Shown here: positions 16,580 through 19,349 of the stretch, in pieces
Layout of the letters: each line of letters begins with the position of its first letter
How positions within the stretch are numbered: the stretch's first letter is position 1
IMG/VR virus record: IMGVR_UViG_2576861133_000001
DNA length: 19,349 nt
Direction: 5' to 3' (one strand)
Source: a virus
Taxonomy: Duplodnaviria; Heunggongvirae; Uroviricota; Caudoviricetes
Made by a program: the position numbers and the translations under genes
The notes under the pieces: generated by a model
Told to the model about the DNA's origin: nothing
Databases searched by the model: none
Seen by the model: only the letters and a program-made list of their open reading frames with translations

Positions 16580-16702
16580 ATGTTAACTGCTGCCTGGTTA
16601 ACATTTGCTGAAAAAGCCTGTTAACATTTTTTCCGCACAACAAACTGAATAATAAAGATAAAAACCGCAAAAATGCCCGGGCAGCCAGTTAACATGTTAA
16701 CT
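16580..16702. promoter_or_regulatory. Array of five GTTAAC(AT) palindromic motifs; candidate cos / terminase small-subunit binding region
   Basis: GTTAAC at 16582-16587, 16597-16602, 16620-16625, 16688-16693 and 16696-16701, four of them with the extended 8-mer GTTAACAT/ATGTTAAC, inside the 290-bp gap between the HNH and terminase small-subunit genes. Confidence 0.55.
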
Positions 16703-16795
16703 GCCCTGAAACGGGAATTTTTTCTCTGCGTGAGAGGGGGCGCGGTGTCCAAAGCGATCGTTTTTTACGCCGGATGATACCCCCCCCGGGTTGGG

Positions 16796-17161
16796 TTACA
16801 GTCCGATGATGTCGTCCTCTCTGCCACTACCTCCGGACACCTCCGGCAGCGTCGGGTCCGGCATACCACTCGCCGCTTCACGAGCAGACTTTTGTCGATG
16901 GCATTCGGCACAGAGCGTCCAAAGATTCGTCTCCTCATTACCACCACCGAACTGAAGTGCAATTCGGTGATCGAGTTCACTGTCACAGAGGTCAACCACA
17001 CGACCACAGATACAGCACTGCCCGGCGTCCCTCAGCCAGATATGACGCTTGAGGGAAACACGTGCACTGCCACTGACACGACGCTGCTCCCCCTTCAGAA
17101 TATTCACCCGTCGGGTATTCAGTGTTTTGATTCTGCTCTGGAGTGTACGAAGCTCAGCCAT
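16796..17161 (-). CDS. HNH endonuclease (terminase-associated)
   Basis: 121 aa; zinc-finger-like CCICG...C...DH...N...N...CAECH HNH motif; location immediately upstream of the cos-like region and terminase genes, as in HK97-type packaging modules. Confidence 0.85.
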   Translation of the reverse strand: MAELRTLQSRIKTLNTRRVNILKGEQRRVSGSARVSLKRHIWLRDAGQCCICGRVVDLCDSELDHRIALQFGGGNEETNLWTLCAECHRQKSAREAASGMPDPTLPEVSGGSGREDDIIGL

Positions 17162-17202
17162 GTAAAATCCCCGTCATATGGCAATCAGTAAAGGAAATAA
17201 AT

Positions 17203-17403
17203 ATGTCATCGAAAAACCGGACCCGCAGAACCACAACCCGCAATATCCGTTTCCCCAATCACATAATTGAACAGATCAACATCGCCCTTGAGCATAAAGG
17301 GTCCGGTAACTTTTCAGCGTGGGTTATTGAAGCCTGCAGGAGAAGGCTGGCAACAGATGCAACGCATCTGCGCCCGGCCAGCATGACAAATAACGAGAAA
17401 TGA
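17203..17403 (+). CDS. Small ribbon-helix-helix-like protein, possibly YlcI/YnfO-like (DUF3950-type)
   Basis: 66-aa ORF from ATG 17203 with an AAGGAAA ribosome-binding site 5 nt upstream; sequence NIRFPNHIIEQINIALEHKGSGNFSAWVIEACRRRL resembles RHH-type small prophage proteins (recollection); it is the only plus-strand gene in the window. Confidence 0.5.
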   Translation: MSSKNRTRRTTTRNIRFPNHIIEQINIALEHKGSGNFSAWVIEACRRRLATDATHLRPASMTNNEK

Positions 17404-17601
17404 ACGTTCGGTTTCTTCCACCATCGCACCGGACAGGCGACTATGAGGGGACAACGCCGCGCTCCGTTAACGCGGTAAACCCCGGTGTGTATCGTTTTTG
17501 ATTATCCCCGCACACTCGCGCAGAGGAGTCTCCCTGTCGGGCTGCGGTCTCTGTTAATGCAGGAATACGGCGACAATACCGCGCATGGATAATAAGGTCG
17601 C

Positions 17602-17817
17602 TCAACACACTGGCTGTAATACCATGCGGCATTTAGCGGCATTCATCGTACACTCCACGGTTAGCTCTTCATTCGTGGCATTCACCTGAAAGGTCCGGGA
17701 GTGTAATTGCGTACATTTACCACTGAACGAACCTTCAACAAGAACACGACCACGCTGCAAAATACGGAACGGAATTGTTCCCTGAAAAGGTTCTACGGTT
17801 ACCCGTAATTTCTTCAT
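17602..17817 (-). CDS. Hypothetical 71-aa protein translationally coupled to Rz
   Basis: Its ATG (17815-17817) overlaps the Rz stop as ATGA; Cys-containing, no signal peptide, no family recognised. Confidence 0.45.
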   Translation of the reverse strand: MKKLRVTVEPFQGTIPFRILQRGRVLVEGSFSGKCTQLHSRTFQVNATNEELTVECTMNAAKCRMVLQPVC

Positions 17818-18308
17818 GTATCCTCCGGATAATAAAAAGCCAGCTTAGTGCACTGAGTGCGGATATATTCCTGCGCCCCTTCCAGCTGCTTCTGCATTGT
17901 CATCAACCGTTCTCTGAGGATGAAATAATCCCGTTCAGCGGTGTCTGCCAGTCGGGGGCCGGTTGCATTATCCACGCTGGAGGTGCCGGTGGCTTCACGC
18001 ACGGTACCGGGGCAGGTGGCGTTGACCCGCAGGCGCTTACGACCAGCGGCAACATCAGCGCGCAGAGTTTCATTTTCAGCTCTCGCATCGGCTAATTCCT
18101 TCGTGTATCTGGCATCAAGCGCAGCGACATCTCGCTGGCGCTGCTGCATGTCAGTAATAGTGGCATTCGCCAGTTTCAGCTCACTGACTTTTTTATCGCG
18201 CTGCGCTTTGTAGGTGATGGCGTTATCGCGGTAATGATTCAGCCCCAGACTAAGCACACCACAGGCTACCAGCATGACAATAATCACCACACACAGAACA
18301 CGGTTCAT
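17814..18308 (-). CDS. Rz: Spanin inner-membrane subunit Rz
   Basis: Start set at ATG 18308 ([14 protein letters not shown]...); [16 protein letters not shown] and [10 protein letters not shown] match recalled lambda Rz; the ORF-track start at 18392 is a GTG extension. Confidence 0.85.
   Translation of the reverse strand: MNRVLCVVIIVMLVACGVLSLGLNHYRDNAITYKAQRDKKVSELKLANATITDMQQRQRDVAALDARYTKELADARAENETLRADVAAGRKRLRVNATCPGTVREATGTSSVDNATGPRLADTAERDYFILRERLMTMQKQLEGAQEYIRTQCTKLAFYYPEDT
17903..18088 (-). CDS. Rz1: Spanin outer-membrane lipoprotein Rz1, embedded in the +1 frame of Rz
   Basis: 61 aa; lipobox LVVSAC followed by a Pro-rich segment [26 protein letters not shown], very similar to recalled lambda Rz1. 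Confidence 0.8.
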   Translation of the reverse strand: MRELKMKLCALMLPLVVSACGSTPPAPVPCVKPPAPPAWIMQPAPDWQTPLNGIISSSENG

Positions 18309-18407
18309 ATCACCACCAACGGATTGCCCAGACCAGAACAGCAATGGCCACAATACGAATGGCAAATGCCATTGCCCGAATAAGTTCAGCACTCATCTTT
18401 TTAAAGT

Positions 18408-18530
18408 TCACGATTTCAGCGCAATGACCAGTTTTGCCAGCCCATACAGCATCGGAGACACAGCAATACCAACAGCCACCCACTTAATAGCAAAAGCCAG
18501 CGCTCTGCTGATGTCATCAGTCACTGTCAC
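18408..18530 (-). CDS. Candidate 40-aa hydrophobic peptide (third of three coupled small ORFs)
   Basis: GTG at 18530 overlaps the stop of the preceding peptide ORF as GTGA; encodes TVTDDISRALAFAIKWVAVGIAVSPMLYGLAKLVIALKS; codon choices look more natural than the overlapping alternative frame. Confidence 0.25.
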   Translation of the reverse strand: MTVTDDISRALAFAIKWVAVGIAVSPMLYGLAKLVIALKS

Positions 18531-18658
18531 CCCAGCAGCCCCGACGAAGACAACATCACCCAGGCGAGGGACAGAAAAAGAGCAACCAGCATTAGTGAAA
18601 ATGAAATACCGACAATCACACACAGGACCTTTGCCGGCGTTATGAGTTTGTCTGACAT
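18527..18658 (-). CDS. Candidate 43-aa single-pass membrane peptide
   Basis: ATG at 18658 preceded by AAGGGG 5 nt upstream; encodes MSDKLITPAKVLCVIVGISFSLMLVALFLSLAWVMLSSSGLLG. Confidence 0.35.
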   Translation of the reverse strand: MSDKLITPAKVLCVIVGISFSLMLVALFLSLAWVMLSSSGLLG

Positions 18659-18660
18659 AG

Positions 18661-18756
18661 CTACCCCTTAATTGCCACAATTAACTGGGATACTACCCAT
18701 AAAAAAGGGATGCTCCAGACCAGCAAAAATTTCCAGTTTGGTAATTGACTAATCAT
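18661..18756 (-). CDS. Candidate 31-aa hydrophobic peptide
   Basis: ATG at 18756 with GGGAG upstream; encodes MISQLPNWKFLLVWSIPFLWVVSQLIVAIKG; its stop lies 2 nt before the next peptide start. Confidence 0.3.
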   Translation of the reverse strand: MISQLPNWKFLLVWSIPFLWVVSQLIVAIKG

Positions 18757-18825
18757 GAGTCGCAACTCCCTAATCAGTTTGCTAAAATCAATCAAGGCAG
18801 CCTCCCATAGCTTACTGCCATAAAA

Positions 18826-18861
18826 ACAAAACCCCGCTTGCTGCCAACAAACGGGGTTTTT
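18826..18861. terminator. Bidirectional rho-independent terminator-like hairpin downstream of the endolysin gene
   Basis: aaaacccccg ... cggggtttt: stem ccccg (18832-18836) / cgggg (18852-18856) extended by A/T pairs, followed by a T-run on plus and an equivalent U-run on minus. Confidence 0.45.
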
Positions 18862-18950
18862 ACTTTTATTCACTTAGGTTTTGCCAGTTCACAGGACTTC
18901 GTGTTATCCGCCCGCGTTGGCCAACCTCATTTTTCAGCAAAATATTCTGC

Positions 18951-19349
18951 TTATCTGTCGATTCCCCAGCACGCCAGCGCGCTCTCCTGGTCACGACGGA
19001 ATACCTGACCGTAACAGTTATTTGAGCGAATACGGCAGTCTCTGCCACCGTCCTTAATCCACCAGCGAATCGCTTCGCATGCTCCCCTGCGATCACCTGC
19101 ATTAATTCGTCTGTAAAACGTCGACGGGAAACACTTACCGGGACCAATGTTGTACGGACAGAATGACGCGATCCCCGCTTTCTGGGGTTCGGTCAATGGC
19201 ACTTTGATGTTTTTCTCCACCCATGCCAGCGCCTTATCACGCTCAATGGCGTTAACCCGGTCGCATTTTTCCTTCGACAACTTCATGCCCGGAACGACAG
19301 GTTTGCCATCCACCAGGATGGCACCGCGGCAGATGGTCCAGATACCCGC
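18951..19349 (-). CDS. Endolysin, GH24 (T4/P21 lysozyme-type), 3' portion; the 5' end lies beyond the window edge
   Basis: The reading frame is open to the window edge; the C-terminal region aligns by eye to the phage 21 / RrrD-type lysozyme pattern (IWTIC.G, SF.YN.G.G.F..ST....IN.GD..GAC...R.W, C.WG). Confidence 0.8.
   Translation of the reverse strand, partial: AGIWTICRGAILVDGKPVVPGMKLSKEKCDRVNAIERDKALAWVEKNIKVPLTEPQKAGIASFCPYNIGPGKCFPSTFYRRINAGDRRGACEAIRWWIKDGGRDCRIRSNNCYGQVFRRDQESALACWGIDR

Noticed and set aside
17441-17632. 63-aa minus-strand ORF downstream of the 71-aa gene
   Set aside because: It overlaps the 3' end of the coupled 71-aa ORF out of frame, has no ribosome-binding site, and has Arg/Ala-rich composition; likely spurious.
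18408-18873. ORF-track models of a 90-aa TTG-initiated ORF (18408-18680) and a 70-aa ORF (18661-18873)
   Set aside because: The 70-aa model begins inside the terminator hairpin and the 90-aa model depends on a TTG start without a ribosome-binding site; three shorter coupled peptide ORFs with Shine-Dalgarno-like sequences fit better, though still unproven.
1-19349. Searched by eye for tRNA genes, an integrase, attachment-site repeats or insertion-sequence ends
   Set aside because: No tRNA-like cloverleaf signature, recombinase-like ORF or terminal inverted repeats were recognisable; prophage boundaries are probably outside the window, so none is reported.

Overview
This window is the minus-strand late region of a mosaic lambdoid siphovirus-type prophage in GC-rich, enterobacterial-looking DNA. 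Reading the minus strand from right to left: the 3' part of a GH24-type endolysin, a cluster of small hydrophobic peptide ORFs, spanins Rz/Rz1, a 71-aa ORF, a plus-strand ribbon-helix-helix-like gene, an HNH endonuclease, a GTTAAC-repeat region (candidate cos/terminase-binding site), terminase small and large subunits, an HK97-type prohead protease-major capsid fusion, an HK97-type portal with a long repeat-bearing C-terminal extension, head-tail joining genes, the major tail protein, the G/GT chaperone pair with a -1 slippery site, the tape measure, and lambda-like M, L, K and I. The operon stops after I: no J or tail-fibre gene is present, and the left 380 bp is non-coding with two terminator hairpins and a promoter-like element. 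The most unusual points are two in-frame 252-bp tandem duplications (one in L, one in I), the portal C-terminal repeat array, the capsid-before-portal gene order, and the small-peptide insertion between endolysin and Rz. All calls come from reading the sequence and ORF track plus recollection of protein families; no database search or folding computation was run, so family assignments and exact starts are provisional.
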